Origin: Felis catus
Taxonomy: Eukaryota
DNA: 64,000 nt
NCBI RefSeq assembly: GCF_018350175.1
Contig: NC_058368.1
Span: 6,262,001 to 6,326,000 of the forward strand
Direction of reading: 5' to 3'
Part shown: piece by piece, positions 13,490 through 25,687 of the stretch
How the letters are laid out: every line of letters begins with the position of its first letter
Numbering within the stretch: the stretch's first letter is position 1
Translations under genes and position numbers: made by a program
Notes under the pieces: generated by a model
What the model was told of the DNA's origin: nothing
What the model saw: the letters and a program-made list of their open reading frames with translations, nothing else
The model's database searches: none

Positions 13490-13990
13490 TGTATTCATTC
13501 ATTCAGCAAATATTTATTGTGACTGAGCAAAGCGCCGTTCCTTCTAGATACAGGGGCTACAGCAGAGACCACAAGAGACCCAAATCTGTGCCCATATTAG
13601 CTTTCACGCTGATGGGGACATAGATAATACACAAGGGAAACAAAATTTTAGCTAGAGATAGATACATAGTGAGCATGAAAAATAAAGCAGGGAGGAGAGA
13701 GGGGAATTTGGAGGCAATGATACTTTAGGGAGGGAGTCCAGATCAGCCTTCACTTGGCGATGAAGTCGGGCAGAGATGTGGGGGTGTCAGGGAGCCAGCG
13801 GTGTGGACATCTAAGGAGTTCATTACAGGTAGGGAGAATAGCAAACAGCAATTGCAGAGGGCCTGGGGCAGGAGCATTGAAGGCACATCAGGAGGCCACT
13901 GTGATGGGGACAGAGCAAGTGAGGCAGACGAGGCAAGAAGACGAAGCCAGAAAGGCAGCAGGGTTAGATCACGCAGTGCCCTGTGGCCCA
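13490..13990 (-). mobile_element. L2 3' end fragment
   Basis: Starts ATTCATTCATTCAGCAAATATTTATTG, the reverse complement of the L2 tail. Confidence 0.7.
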
Positions 13991-14029
13991 GTGCCGTCCA
14001 AAAGAGATCTGGGAGCCTCACATGCATCT

Positions 14030-14530
14030 CTAAATTTTCTAGTAGCCGTACTAAACAAGTAAAAACAAATACGTGAAATTGCTTTTAATATATTTTATTG
14101 AACCCAATATGTCTGAAATATTATTACTATTATTAATATGACATTTTTTTAAATGTTCGTTTATTTTGAGAGACAGAGTGCAGGTGGGGGAGGGGCAGAG
14201 AGAGAGAGGGAGACACAGAATCCGAAGCAGGCTCCAGGCTCTGAGCTGTCAGCATAGAGCCCGACGCGAGGCTCGAACTTACAAGCTGTGAGATCGTGAC
14301 CTGAGCCGAAGTCGGACGCTTAACCGACTGAGCCACCCAGGTGCCCCTGAAACATTATTATTTCAACATGTGGTCAGTATAAATACTGATGAGATATTTT
14401 ACTATCTTTTGGTATTGCCTTTGAAACCCAGTGGATATTGTATACTTACGGTACATCTCAATATTGGCTAGCCACATTTCGAGTGCTCAACAGCCACATG
14501 TAGCTAATGCCTAGCACCGAGGGCAGCAGA
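14030..14530. mobile_element. MER3/MER33-like hAT-Charlie fossil interrupted by a SINE
   Basis: CTAGCCACATTTCGAGTGCTCAACAGCCACATGTAGCTA motif typical of MER3/MER33. Confidence 0.7.
14143..14347 (-). mobile_element. CanSINE
   Basis: Reverse-complement SINE ending GAGCCACCCAGGTGCCCC. Confidence 0.95.
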
Positions 14531-14590
14531 GTCTGGGCCATGTGAGCAACTTGACTTTTCCCCTGAGAATGGTTTACAATGTAGGTTTTA

Positions 14591-14806
14591 GGGGCGCCTG
14601 GGTGGCTCGGTCGGTTAAGCGTCCGACTTCAGGTCAGGTCCTGATCTCACGGTTCGGGAGTTTGAGCCCCACGTTGGGCTCTCTGCTGACAAGATCAGAG
14701 CCAGGAACCTGCTTTGGATTCTCTCTCTCCCTCTCGCTCTGCCCTTACCCCATTCATGCTCTGTCTCTGTCTCTCTCAAAAATAAATACACGTTAAAAAA
14801 AAAAAA
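14591..14806 (+). mobile_element. CanSINE
   Basis: GGGGCGCCTGGGTGGCTCGGTCGG head, A tail; TSD AATGTAGGTTTTA. Confidence 0.95.
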
Positions 14807-14812
14807 GGTTAA

Positions 14813-15330
14813 TGTAGGTTTTATTATCATTCAGGTATGGCAAGGCCAATGGATCAAAGAGACAAGGGGTCGTTGGAAAATTAGTTGGCTACACTTACAG
14901 TTCCCAAAAGAAAGGGTACGCCACTCCACACGGGGCCGTGCGGGGAGCCCCAGGGGCAGTCAGGAGGCAGAGGGAGAGGGGAAAGCATGAGCTAAAGACT
15001 TTTTGACAGTTTCTATGGGAAGGAACAGGAGAGGTAGGACAGGTTCAGGATGGGTAGTCTGAATAATTCCAATGGGCTCTAGAGCATAAGGCTGCCCCAT
15101 TTGTCAGTACCTGGCCGTACCCGGGGTGACCAGAACAGGTGTTTAGTGGCCCTGAGTGCAAGAGTCCCATAGAGGAGGCGCCTGGGGGTGTGGGCTCCGG
15201 GCTGGTTGACATGCGTATGAAAGTGCGCTCCTCGGTCCCTTGTTTGCCATCTTTATGAATTAGCCAGTCCTGGGAGGGGCAGTCTCTTGGAGTCCGAAAG
15301 CCCCCAAGATGTCAAAGCATCAGAAATACA
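14813..15330. mobile_element. MER21-like ERVL solo LTR
   Basis: GGTATGGCAAGGCCAATGGATCA...CTTACAGTTCCCAAAAG...AAGATGTCAAAGCATCA resembles the MER21 family. Confidence 0.6.
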
Positions 15331-15929
15331 ACGTTAACATAGAGAGGAGCAGGAGCACTGTGGGATTGGAGCCAGGCAGGGGTGTGATCGGCCTGCTGTG
15401 TGTGCAGGACTGGGCTCAGCTTGGGAGCGATGGAAAAGGGGAAGGGGGGACGAGGGACAGCTAGGAGGCTATAGCGACACTCCAGAGGAAAGGGGGTTGG
15501 GGCTTGGGTGAGGATAGAGGCTCTGCGTGGGGGGGGGGGGGGTGAGAGGGGAGAGGGGAAGAAGCTGCATTTTAGACAAGACAGACAGATCACTAAGATG
15601 ACTCCGCCCAGAAGCCCCTAAGCAACTAAATGAAAATAGACACTAACCACGGGCCTTTTGAGGAAGGCTAGGACAACACATTTGTTGAAATGCTTAAATT
15701 CAATAAAATTCCGCGAGCGTTTAGACAGTGAAGTAATACCAAAACAGACGCAGAGTTATTCTCAGCTGGCTCTCAGCTGGTGAGTGCGCCAGGCCTGGTC
15801 GGGTCATTCCGTTTCCCGGGTCAGAGCCTGGGGTCGCCAGAACAGGACAGAACCCAGAGATGGCACACCATCAGGACGAGCGGAGCGCTTTTTCCTCCCA
15901 CACGTCTTCATTTGTCCGGGAAATCCCAG

Positions 15930-16009
15930 GGCTTTGCTGAAGGAAAGACTGTTGTTGAAAGAGCCATCTGTCATCCTGCCATCCCGAGACAACTTCGTCT
16001 ATTCGGAAG
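15930..16009 (+). CDS. Candidate internal exon of an unidentified gene (ALLKERLLLKEPSVILPSRDNFVYSE)
   Basis: Preceded by CCCAG, followed by a GC-type donor AAG|GCAAG; phase-compatible with 10899-10932 and 16754-16856; no homology recognised. Confidence 0.2.
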
Positions 16010-16753
16010 GCAAGGGGCTGCCTCGGGGTCTGAGGGGCGCGAGCCCGTGGGCCTTGCTCCGTCCAACAGTCCGCCCCACGCCCGCGGCTCACGCCACAAT
16101 TACTTGTTCCCATTGTCTTCATAATCCAAACACAATGCGTTCACTGGGGGCTCGCACCCCTCATGCGTCGTCACTAAGCCCAGCCCGGCTGCAGGAAGCC
16201 CGGCCAGTGGGGACAGCTCCCCTTCACATTAAAGAACAGAGGTGGGTTAAGCCCTACCTAGAGCTCACCAAGGAATAAAGTAAGATAAAAGTATTGAGTC
16301 AGACAGAAAGCACTGCTTTCCTAGAAAGCAGGCAACACAGGATGGGGACTCTTTTCTTGCCTGTAAAAAAAGGTGACTGATCTGTTAGCACCTAGGCCGG
16401 AAATCCCAGATGTCGGGGAAGTGTGCTCAAAGCTGCTGCCTGGGGAGGAGTTATATCTGATTCCGAAGTTGTTCCCACACTCAGCACACATCTGGGACTC
16501 ACTTCTCCTTGGCAGTGTCCTTCAGAGTCCATTGAAGCCACATTGGAAACCCCATCTCATTTTTTAGAACAAAAATAATGGTATTACTCATTTGGAGCTC
16601 GTGTATCGTCTCCCAGACTGGACTCCGAATTATTTTTTTTTTTGTCACTTCCTAAGCTCATAAAAAAAAAAAAAAAGGCCCATGTTCTGAAAGCAATTAT
16701 ATTCAAAGGCTACCAAAAACTTAAATTCCTTGTTTCACCACTGATCATCGCAG

Positions 16754-16856
16754 GGTATATTGTCCCAATTGAATATGTACCTGATCTGAAAAATTATCTA
16801 CTGAAAGATTATCCTGAATTTACATGCAGAGAAATTTACAAATCGGATGTGTACAG
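16754..16856 (+). CDS. Candidate internal exon of an unidentified gene (YIVPIEYVPDLKNYLLKDYPEFTCREIYKSDVY)
   Basis: Acceptor CTGATCATCGCAG|, donor CAG|GTTGAG; 103 nt with only one open frame in AT-rich unique sequence; protein-like composition. Confidence 0.3.
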
Positions 16857-17264
16857 GTTGAGTAATCTGTGGAACTCAACACCCTACTGCGACCAGCACC
16901 CCCACTGACTCACAGAGCGTTAACCATGGCCTAGCGTCCACCCTCTCTTTCTAGGGTAAGCAGCCCCAGACCATGGCCAAGGTCAGGGGAGGCAAGCGAG
17001 GCCCCTAGGAGGCGCTCACTCTCAGGGTTAGCCCTAAAGCCTCCTTACTTCTTGCCCTGGGCACCTTCCTTCCCTCACCCTAGTCCCCACCTTGATCCTG
17101 ACTTCTAACAGCACTGGTCAGTTCTGCCTTCTTTTGTGCTTTGCAGAAGTGGAATTATCCGAAATGCTGTTTTGTGTCTGACGCCTCTCGCTCAACATTG
17201 CGTTGGTGAGATTCACCCACATTTTCGCATGGAGCTGTAGTTCGATCGCTCTCATTGCTGTCCG

Positions 17265-17452
17265 GAAGTGATTCTCACACTTGGGCGGCCACCATCGTCA
17301 TCTGGGGGTTTGCTAAAACACAGACTGCTGGGCCCTGTGCCAGAGTCTTGGAGTCAGTAGGTCTTGGGTGGGACCTCAGAGACTGCTTCTCTAACAAGGT
17401 GCCCGGTGATCCTGAGGCTGCTCTTTCCAGACCGTACTTGGAGAACCACTGC
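17265..17452. mobile_element. MER5A-like hAT-Charlie MITE
   Basis: CAGACTGCTGGGCCC...TCAGTAGGTCTTGGGTGG...GAGAACCACTG. Confidence 0.75.
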
Positions 17453-18030
17453 TGAATACTCAGCGGTGGGAATAGCTCCCCACTCCGTCGTCCATTCTAA
17501 TGTTGATAAGCAGGTAGGTTTCCAGTCTTGGACTACAAATGGTGGTTCTCCAGACAGTTTCGTACATGTCTCTTGGTGAACTCTGTATGCGCCCCTGTTC
17601 GATGTGTCCCTGGGGGTGGAATCGCTGTCTTAGGGTAGGCATGTGATCGGTTTTAGAGAGACCGTTTTCCAAAGTGGTTGTGTCAGCTTACATTCCCACC
17701 GGCAGATTATGAGGATTCCTGCTGCACACCCTTGCCGACACTTGATATTGCCCACCATTTTTCTCTCAGACGTTCTGGGAAATGGGTACCAGAATCTCAC
17801 TGTGGCTTTAATTTGCTTTTCCCTGTTAATGGATAAGACTGAGCACCCTTTCATACATTGATTGGCCATTTGGCTGGCTTCCCTTATGAAGTGTCTATTC
17901 AAGTCTTTAACCCGTATTTCTGTTGGTTGTCTGTCTTTTTCTTATTGATTAGCGGGACTTCTTTATGAGTCCTTTGTGTGCATTGCAAATTCTTCCTCCC
18001 TGTGTGCTACCACTCACTCTCTTCAGTGTC

Positions 18031-18192
18031 TTTTTTTTTTTTTATGTTTATTTATTTGTTTTGAGAGAGACAGAGACCGGGTGAGCAGGAGAAGGGCAGA
18101 GAGAGAGGGAGCGAGAGAATCCCAAGCAGGTTCCACACCATCAGCACAGAGCCCAACACAGGGCTCGAACTCTAGATATTGTGAGATCATGA
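18031..18192 (-). mobile_element. 5'-truncated CanSINE
   Basis: T tail and (GA)n body, stops at GAGATCATGA; flanked by CTCTTCAGTGTCTTTT copies. Confidence 0.9.
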
Positions 18193-18204
18193 CTCTTCAG
18201 TGTC

Positions 18205-18424
18205 TTTTTTTTTTTAATTTTTTTAACGTTTTATTTGTTTTTGAGACAGACAGAGATAGCATGAACGGGGGAGGGGCAGAGATAGAGGAGACACAGAATC
18301 GGAAGCAGGCTCCAGGCTCTGAGCCATTAGCCCAGAGTCCGACGCGGGGCTCGAACTCACGGACCGCGAGATCGTGACCTGAGCTGAAGTCGGACGCTTA
18401 ACCGACTGAGCCACCCAGGCGCCC
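18205..18424 (-). mobile_element. CanSINE (full length)
   Basis: Ends GAGCCACCCAGGCGCCCC; flanked by CTCTTCAGTGTCTTTT copies. Confidence 0.95.
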
Positions 18425-19092
18425 CTCTTCAGTGTCTTTTAATGAACAGAAGTTCTTAGTTGTAATGTAGTCCAGCCTACTTTTTTCTTTATGCTTAGTA
18501 TGTTTGTGTCCTGATTAAGGAATCTTTACCAACTCCAAGATTCCAGATAAATATTTTGAAATAGGTCTCCAACACTCGCTTGGAAGCGTGCGTAAGCTTG
18601 AGTGCAGTCACGCCCAACCTTTGGATCCAGAGCTGTCAACCATGGCATGCGTACTTTCATCAGCCGTGGCAAACATCACACGTTGTCCCCAAGCCTTCCC
18701 CTTTCTGCTCCGTCCACGTCTTCTCTGCTTCCATCCTGCCCTTCTCCTCCTTACCCTCTCCCCACTGGTTCTTCCATGTGGCCTCGCGTAGCTCCTGCAA
18801 ACAACACATCCCCTCTAACCGATAGCCTCTCTCCTCTAAGGTCCCCTGAGCTCATAATGGGGCTCTTGTGACCTGCTCCACAGAGCCCGCTGGACAATAG
18901 CATCATCCCAAGAAGACTGATTGGCCTGTGTTCTTGGGTCAGACGTGGCCATGGGGTGTCCTTCTTAGACAAGAGTCCTTCCTTTCAGGGAAACATCTCT
19001 GTGTCTGCTAAGGAGCGCTCATTCGTTACTTTTTCCATGTAGATGTCTGAAATCTCAAACACTATGGCAGGATTTTAGAATGGACATCAATC

Positions 19093-19308
19093 TGGGGCAC
19101 CTGGGTGGCTCAGTCGGTTAAGCCTCTCCTCTGACTTCGACGCAGGTCATGATCTTGTGGTCTGTGAGTTCGAGACCCGCGTCGGGCTCTGTGCTGACAG
19201 CTCTGTGCTGCTTCGGATGCTGTGTCTCCCTCTCTCTCTGCCCCTCGCCTGCTCATGCTCTGTCCCTCTCCATCTCTCAATAATAAATACAAAAAAAAAA
19301 AAAAAAAG
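19093..19308 (+). mobile_element. CanSINE
   Basis: Head, CT-rich body, A tail; TSD AGAATGGACATCAATCT. Confidence 0.95.
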
Positions 19309-20437
19309 AATGGACATCAATCTCTTAAAGTTGGATTAGGGTTGAATTCCATTCTGCAGATCTCATGTATCACACTGTAAACATGCCTTTCCCAGTCCAC
19401 CAGGCAGGGCAGCATGGATCCTGGGCAGAGCCCAACCCCAGGGGTGAGCAGGACCCTCACAGGCAGGGGGGTTCGGCATGTTTGTGTTCGGAGGGCACAA
19501 CAGGGGGCCAAGAAGAGTTCACAGAGAGACGTGGAGGCTTGTAAGGAAGCAATGAGAAGCATAATCATGGAAAAGACGTGGCACCAGGAATGAACAAGCC
19601 AGGTACCAGCATGGGTGGCTTGAAAAATTCTCTTCAAACGTGCTCCGTGAACCTAGGACACCTTTTACTATCATCACGTGGTCCTCACCCACAAGGGTCT
19701 CGGTCCATTTCCAACACAAAAAGCATCACTCTCGTATGGTTAAATAGAGCTCATTAAAACACCCCTCCCTATTCCTTGACAAAGTGGTAGATGAGGAAGT
19801 AGCCCAAACTAGGCACCCTGCATATATGTCCAATATAGATCATTCTAGATTTCCATTCATGGGAAACCAGAGGTAGGCAACAAAATATTCCAATTTATTT
19901 AAGTTTTACTTTGTAAAGCGTTAGATAAATCTTACTCCCTCGGCACATCTGCCTCTATTTTCCAAGTCAAATGTAACATGTTTTTTGTACTTCCCGAGCA
20001 CACACCAATGGATGGGGTGCTGTTGGCAACAGGGGGGAGACCAGTTAGGTGTTTTAAGTGCTGCGCACGGTGTTCGATAGATAAGCCAACTAGTCTGTCT
20101 CCACTGCTTTTCAAGGATCCTATTCTTCACTCTTTAGCTCTCTCTACTTATCTTTTTATTTCCTTCCTTCTTTTCTGGTGGTTTCTTTTTCAGCTGTGCT
20201 ATGGGAAGATGTGGACTTCTACCTTCTTTGCCCTCATCCCTCTACCCTGGTTAATTTCCCATCAGCTCTCTGTGAAATCATCATCCTCGCACGCCAGTCT
20301 AAAAGGAGAGAGAGCACTTTAAGACAGAGCCTTATTCCTGCCACCTGTCTGCTTTTGATCATTTATTGTTTGGGAGTATAGGGATTTCGCCCCCATTCAC
20401 CAGTCGTTAAAGTTATATTTAAAACTCGAACGTTAGC

Positions 20438-20668
20438 AGGGAGCCTGGGTGGCTCAGTCAGTCAAGTGTCATCTCTTGATCTCAGCTCGTCATGATCTCA
20501 CCATTCTGTGGGTTTGAGCCCCGCATTGGGCTCTGTGCTGGCAGTGTGGATGCAATGCTTGGGATTCTCTCTCTCCCTCTCTCTCTGTCCCTCCCCTGTG
20601 CTCACACACACACACACACACACACACTCTCTCTCTCTCTCAAAATAAATAAACAAACTTAAAAAAAA
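20438..20668 (+). mobile_element. CanSINE with (CA)n(CT)n tract
   Basis: GGGAGCCTGGGTGGCTCAG head, A tail. Confidence 0.9.
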
Positions 20669-21435
20669 TCAAAAGTTAGAATTGCAAGAAAATGATCACA
20701 GATATATGCAAAGATTATCAGGTTGTTTATCACAACACTGACTCGTATGGCAAAGAAAAATTAGAAGAAAAGTAAATATCCATCTATACAGACTCGGTTA
20801 AGTTCACTCTTCTTACAATAGAGTACTAAAAGCTATACAAATTACATTGTAGAATAATATTTGATGATGTGGAAAGCTGTTTATGATATATTGTTGGTGA
20901 AAAAGAGGTTAAAGTCAATATGTAGAAGATGATTCTCCTTTCTGCAAATGAACCTAAACTTGCACTTCTAGTCACGAAAAAAAAAAAAAAAAACAATCCC
21001 AATGTGAGAACTAAATGTTAGTGGGATCGGTTCTGAGTGTAGGAGAATTATTGTTGGATTTCATTTCCCTATTTTTGCTTTTCTGTATTTGCTATGAAAT
21101 CCACATATAAGTTTTGAAAGCAGACATAAATGATGGCTCTAAATTTTCTTCATTTAAAATTTCAGTGAATAGAGAGACAGGGCCCTACCAGGGGCCCCCA
21201 AGGAGGCAGACAGGGAAGTAAATGCTCGTTTGGAGAGAGAGCCCGTGCTGCCTACCGTGTGAGCTCCGTGAGGAGGCCTTGACCTCTTCGCAGGATAGCT
21301 AGCTGGACTTTGACCTGACTTAGACTGTAGTCAGCCCCAAAGAGGCCCTTTGCTAGGACACACATTTAAAGACTAGATGCTTAGTGATATACCAAATGTT
21401 TAACTTTCTCAACAACCGGGAAGCTTGTTCCTCAG

Positions 21436-21832
21436 TGTATCAGTCTGCATCAGCCTGCAGGAGCCTGTGTAACAAAGACCACAGACTGGGTGGTTTAAAC
21501 AACAGAAATGTGTTTCTCCTGGTTCTGGAGGCTGGAAGTCCAGATCAGGGTGTCAGTAGGTTTGATTTCACCAGAGGCCTCTCTCCTTGGCTTGCAGACG
21601 GCCATCTTTTTGCTGGGTCCTCACATGGCCTTTCTTCCGCGCATCAAGATCCTGGTGTTTCGTGTGTCAAAATTTCTTTTTGTTATAAGGACTTCGGTCA
21701 GATGGGATTAGGGGCCACCCTCATTTTAACTTAATCTCCTCGTTAAAGGCCCTATCTCCAAATACAGTCACATTCTGAGGTTCTTGGGGTAGGGCTCGAA
21801 CATATGAATTTGAGAGGGACACAGTTCAGCGC
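21436..21832 (-). mobile_element. MLT1 MaLR solo LTR
   Basis: ACCACAGACTGGGTGGTTTAAACAACAGAAA...TTCTGGAGGCTGGAAGTCC...GGGACACAGTTCAG. Confidence 0.85.
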
Positions 21833-21952
21833 AAAGCAGCAGCTGTCCTGTTTTCTGAGGGGAGAATGAGCTCAGGTGAACTCCGGAGGCAAAGGGCGGC
21901 CTTAGGTAAGGCATCATGTTTTTCTGAACATCGTATGCGTTTTCCCCTCTGT

Positions 21953-21965
21953 CCACCAGAGGGCA
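21953..21965 (+). promoter_or_regulatory. CTCF core motif
   Basis: CCACCAGAGGGCA matches the CTCF consensus CCASYAGRKGGCR. Confidence 0.55.
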
Positions 21966-22034
21966 AACTTTTAAAGTGCTTATTTAAAAATGTTAACCTT
22001 GGTTTTTAACTCTTTAGAAGCCTAAATAGTTTCT

Positions 22035-22138
22035 TTTATTTTATTTATTTAAAAAAATTTTTTAATATTTATTTATTTTTGAGAGAGAGACAGGGTGTGA
22101 GCGAGGGAGGGGCAGAGAGAGAATCCAAAGCAGGCACC
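22035..22138 (-). mobile_element. Truncated CanSINE 3' part
   Basis: T tail and GAGAGAGAGACAGGG...GAATCCAAAGCAGG; TAGTTTCT on both sides. Confidence 0.8.
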
Positions 22139-22172
22139 CCTCAGTAGTTTCTCTTTTAAGTAAAAGATCACT

Positions 22173-22610
22173 GGGGCACCTGGGTGGCTCAGTCGGTTAA
22201 GCGGCCGACTTCGGCTCAGGTCATGATCTCACGGTCCGTGAGTTCGAGCCCCGTGTCGGGCTCTGTGCTGACAGCTCAGAGCCCGGAGCCTGTTTCAGAT
22301 TCTGTGTCTCCCTCTCTCTGAGCCTCCCCCGTTCATGCTCTGTCTCTCCCTGTCTCAAAAATAAATAAACGTTAAAAAAATTAAAAAATAAATAAATAAA
22401 AGGTCATTAGGGGCACCTCCGTGGCTCAGTCATTTAAGCATCTGATGTCACAGTTTGTGAGTTCGAGCCCCGTATCGGGCTCTATGCTGACAGCTCAGAG
22501 GCTGGAGCCTGCTTGGGATTCTGTGCCTCCCTCTCCGCCCCTGCCCCGCTTACGCTCTGTCTCCTCTCAAAAATAGACATTAAAAAAATTAAAAATAAAA
22601 TAAAATAAAA
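22173..22610 (+). mobile_element. Two head-to-tail CanSINEs (about 22173-22400 and 22409-22610)
   Basis: Two GGGGCACCT heads and two A tails; the second has an internal deletion. Confidence 0.92.
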
Positions 22611-23407
22611 CATCGTTAGAAACAGACAACACTTGTGTTGCTCATTAATGTCAGTTATTCTCAGTTTAAACCTCTCTTTGAAAGTTCAGGGTCACGGACT
22701 AAGATAATTTTTCATTAGTGGGTGTGAATTTCTTGACAATTTCAAAATCAGTTGTTCAAAAAAGCGTTTCTTTGCGCATATTACATTTTATTGTAACTTT
22801 TATCATTTCGGTTTCATTATCTCAATTCCTAAGCACCTTATGAGATAATTAAAGAGTTATCATGCAAGAACGGAAAAAAAATGAATTTTCAAGTCAAGGT
22901 ACTTGAATTCGTTTGTCTGTTTGTGTCTTCAGTTATTCATCCAGCCAACAGATATTTGTCATCGTCTGCAAGGCAGTGGGATTCAAGTCCTAATTCTGCC
23001 ACTTGGTGGCTATCAGACTGTGGGCAACTGTGGGCAAGTCAGATCCCCCGTATTTCTGCTTCGTGGTTTGTAAAAGGGACACGACGCTGACCTAAGATGA
23101 CTGAGGGCTCAGTGCAGTCAGTGGGGGGGGGGGGGGCGTGAAGGGGGAGGGATGTTTGGAAAACCTCAGAATGCAAAACCTCTGTCAGTTGTCACATACT
23201 TGCCAAGTTTAGTCTCCCCTGTGTACAGCAGTTTCTTAAAGTGCCAGGGTCAGGGAACACCTGTTTCTGGATCTCTGGGGTGTGGCTATGGCAAGGTGGG
23301 GGAACTTTCCCAAAACATCCTGAGACTCTCTGGGGGGTTAGTGCCCAGGAAAACATGCCTGTTCACGTTTGCCCCCTGAATGCATGGAGATCTGCAGCTT
23401 AATCTAG

Positions 23408-23621
23408 GCAGAGTTTCTCCACGTGGGCGCTACGGTCATGTTCTGCCCGATAATTCTTAGTTGTGGGGTCTCTCCTGGGCACTGCAGGGTAGAGCAGCAT
23501 CCCTGGTCTCTACCCTACGGGCCACCAGCACGTCTTCCTCCTCTCCTGGTGTGACAAATGTCTCCAGACAACACCAAGTGGCCCCCGGAGGTCAAATTTG
23601 CCCCTGGTTGAGGACCACTGA
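23408..23621. mobile_element. MER20 hAT-Charlie MITE
   Basis: GATAATTCTTAGTTGTGGGG...AGCAGCATCCCTGG...AAATGTCTCCAGACA...GGTTGAGGACCACTG. Confidence 0.8.
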
Positions 23622-24198
23622 TCCAGAAAAATGGAATTGGTCGTGCTGCCCTGAGGCAGAGACGTAATCCCAGGCTAGTGCCCATCAGGGTGCAGCTCTG
23701 AGAGCCCCACCCCTGCCGCTCTGTCCACGCCCCCATTCCTAACCTTCCCGTGGTCAGAGCCACCCTTCACTGAAGGACCCCCATGTGGCAGGAATGCTTT
23801 CCAGAAATGAACTCAAGGAACACTTGGGTGGACTTCATTATAAATTCTGGCTTAAAGGCGAGAAGCCCGAGGTTCAGAAACCCATATGCCCAAGGTCACA
23901 ACTGAGCCCAGATCTGCCTCTGGGCTCATCGCTTTCAGCATCCCTGCACCCACTGGCCATTAATTAGGCCCTGCCTTGTCGCTCTCCTTGTGCCACTCAC
24001 AGTCCAACGGCAGGCCCTGCAAGGACAGGACCCGGGTCCTGGGGCAGCCGGGGAAGCTTTCAGTGGCGAGGAGCACAGCACCGTGGGTGGTGTCCTTGTT
24101 GTTTCGTGGGCAAAATGGAGGGAGCACCGTGGTCGGGCCCCCTCCCTTAGGAGAGAAAAAACAAAAACAACCTCAAGGCAACCTGACTATCCGCGTAG

Positions 24199-24255
24199 GT
24201 GACAACGTCCCTCACGACCCTGTACCACGAGACCACTCACTCAGACTACCCGTTT
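24199..24255 (+). CDS. Candidate internal exon (VTTSLTTLYHETTHSDYPF)
   Basis: Branch-like CTGAC, TAG acceptor, TTT|GTGAGT donor, 57 nt symmetric, C/G-ending codons; no homology recognised. Confidence 0.25.
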
Positions 24256-24308
24256 GTGAGTTACCATATGTGGGAGACACGGAAGTAGAAAATGTATAAA
24301 AACCTACT

Positions 24309-24510
24309 GGGGCTCCTGGGTGGCTCAGTCGGTTAAGCGTCCAACTTCAGCTCAGGTCATGATCTCACGGTCTGTGAGTTCGAGCCCCGCGTGGGGCTCT
24401 GGGCTGACAGCTCGGGGCCTGGAGCCTGCTTCCGATTCTGTGTCTCCCTCTCTCTCTGCCCCTCCCCTGCTCACGCTCTGTCTCTCTCTGTCTCAAAACT
24501 AAATAGAAAC

Positions 24511-24541
<31 letters not shown>
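24309..24541 (+). mobile_element. CanSINE with long pure A tail
   Basis: Head, body, about 28 A; TSD AAAAACCTAC. Confidence 0.95.
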
Positions 24542-24544
<3 letters not shown>

Positions 24545-24545
<1 letters not shown>

Positions 24546-25500
24546 ACGCCACGTGGCGCTCGGGGCTCAGTTCTTTGGGTGCAAACCCAGCGGAGTGAGC
24601 CCGTGCCAGCACGAATAAACTTGCTTCCTGGAGAGAAAAGCCTCGGTGTCACGATTCCGCGCGAGGATCCTGCCACAGCATTGCACAGCTTATGCCAGCA
24701 GTCGCATGTTTTCGTATTTGGGGAACAGAAAGCCGGGGTAACGGGCACGTACCGAGAGTGAAGCGGAGCCCCCGCGGGGACTGACTGCACGGATGCACGG
24801 ATCCGCTCCCCTGGATGGCGCTGAGAATCCCCGGGAAGCTCCGAAGCCAGCTGGGCGCACCGGTCCTGCAGACGCTAACGAGGGGAGGGAAAGGGCCCGG
24901 GGCCTCAGGGCTTCCATACGTGCAATGGGCACAGCACCACTCCCGCTGCGGCCGGTCAACCGCGAGGCAGCTCTAAGAGAAGCGCATTTGTGAAGCCACA
25001 GCCCGGGGCGTGGCATGTCCTAAGGTGTCCACGTGGTTTCTCTCCCCCCTCTGTCTTCCGTCCTCCCGCTCTGGTGCTTTCCTGCCGCCTAGCCTCGGAG
25101 GGCTTTCCGACGTTACTCGTACCCCGTACCCCGGCTGGAGTGTGGACTTCCCCGTGCGTCATGCTCCCCGCTGCAAGGGTGGGAGGGGACAGAGAGTGTC
25201 CCGGGGACAGGCGCTCACTCCAGTTTGGGTTCCGTCGGGCTCCGGGCAGAGCCAGACCCGGGCTGATCGCTGGCAGGCCGCCAGTCTGGAGGGCAGGCCC
25301 TCGGGGAGCTCAGCAGCCCTTCCCGAGGGGCCGAGAGACCAGAAGAGCTGCCCGAGGCCCGGCGGAGGGTCCCCCTGGAGCCCAGGCCAGGGCGGTGCCC
25401 GCCGGGGACCCCCTCGCTGCGGGCCACGCAGTCAGAGGAGGCTCCAGAAACTCCCACCGCTGCTCTCCACTTGCCAGCATCTTCTTTCCTTCGCCTTAGC
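24545..25500. promoter_or_regulatory. CpG-rich, GC-rich segment (CpG island-like)
   Basis: Dense CG dinucleotides; includes a GC-shifted MIR-like stretch near 24900-25030. Confidence 0.5.
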
Positions 25501-25687
25501 CTCAAGAGCCTTTTTTGTTTTGCACTGTTTGAAGATAATGCTATCGATTTGCACACAGGCTGTTGTTTATTTTACCTTTCTAAGTATTTAAGGCTTCTGG
25601 TCTGTGGTCTATAACTTTATCCGTGTTTGACTACCTTAATTTCCTTCCTGCCCTGTTTTGAATTTCTCCCTTCTATTTAAAAAAATG

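Larger units (their letters stand above)
17095..18545 (-). mobile_element. Old L1 (L1M) fragment, interrupted by MER5A and two SINEs
   Basis: Minus-strand remnant NRHFIREASQMANQCMKGCSVLSINREKQIKATVRF matches L1 ORF2 C-terminal region. Confidence 0.8.

Noticed and set aside
24990..25591. 169-aa and 193-aa ORFs in the GC-rich block
   Set aside because: Arg/Pro/Gly-rich ORFs open in multiple frames because of stop-codon depletion.
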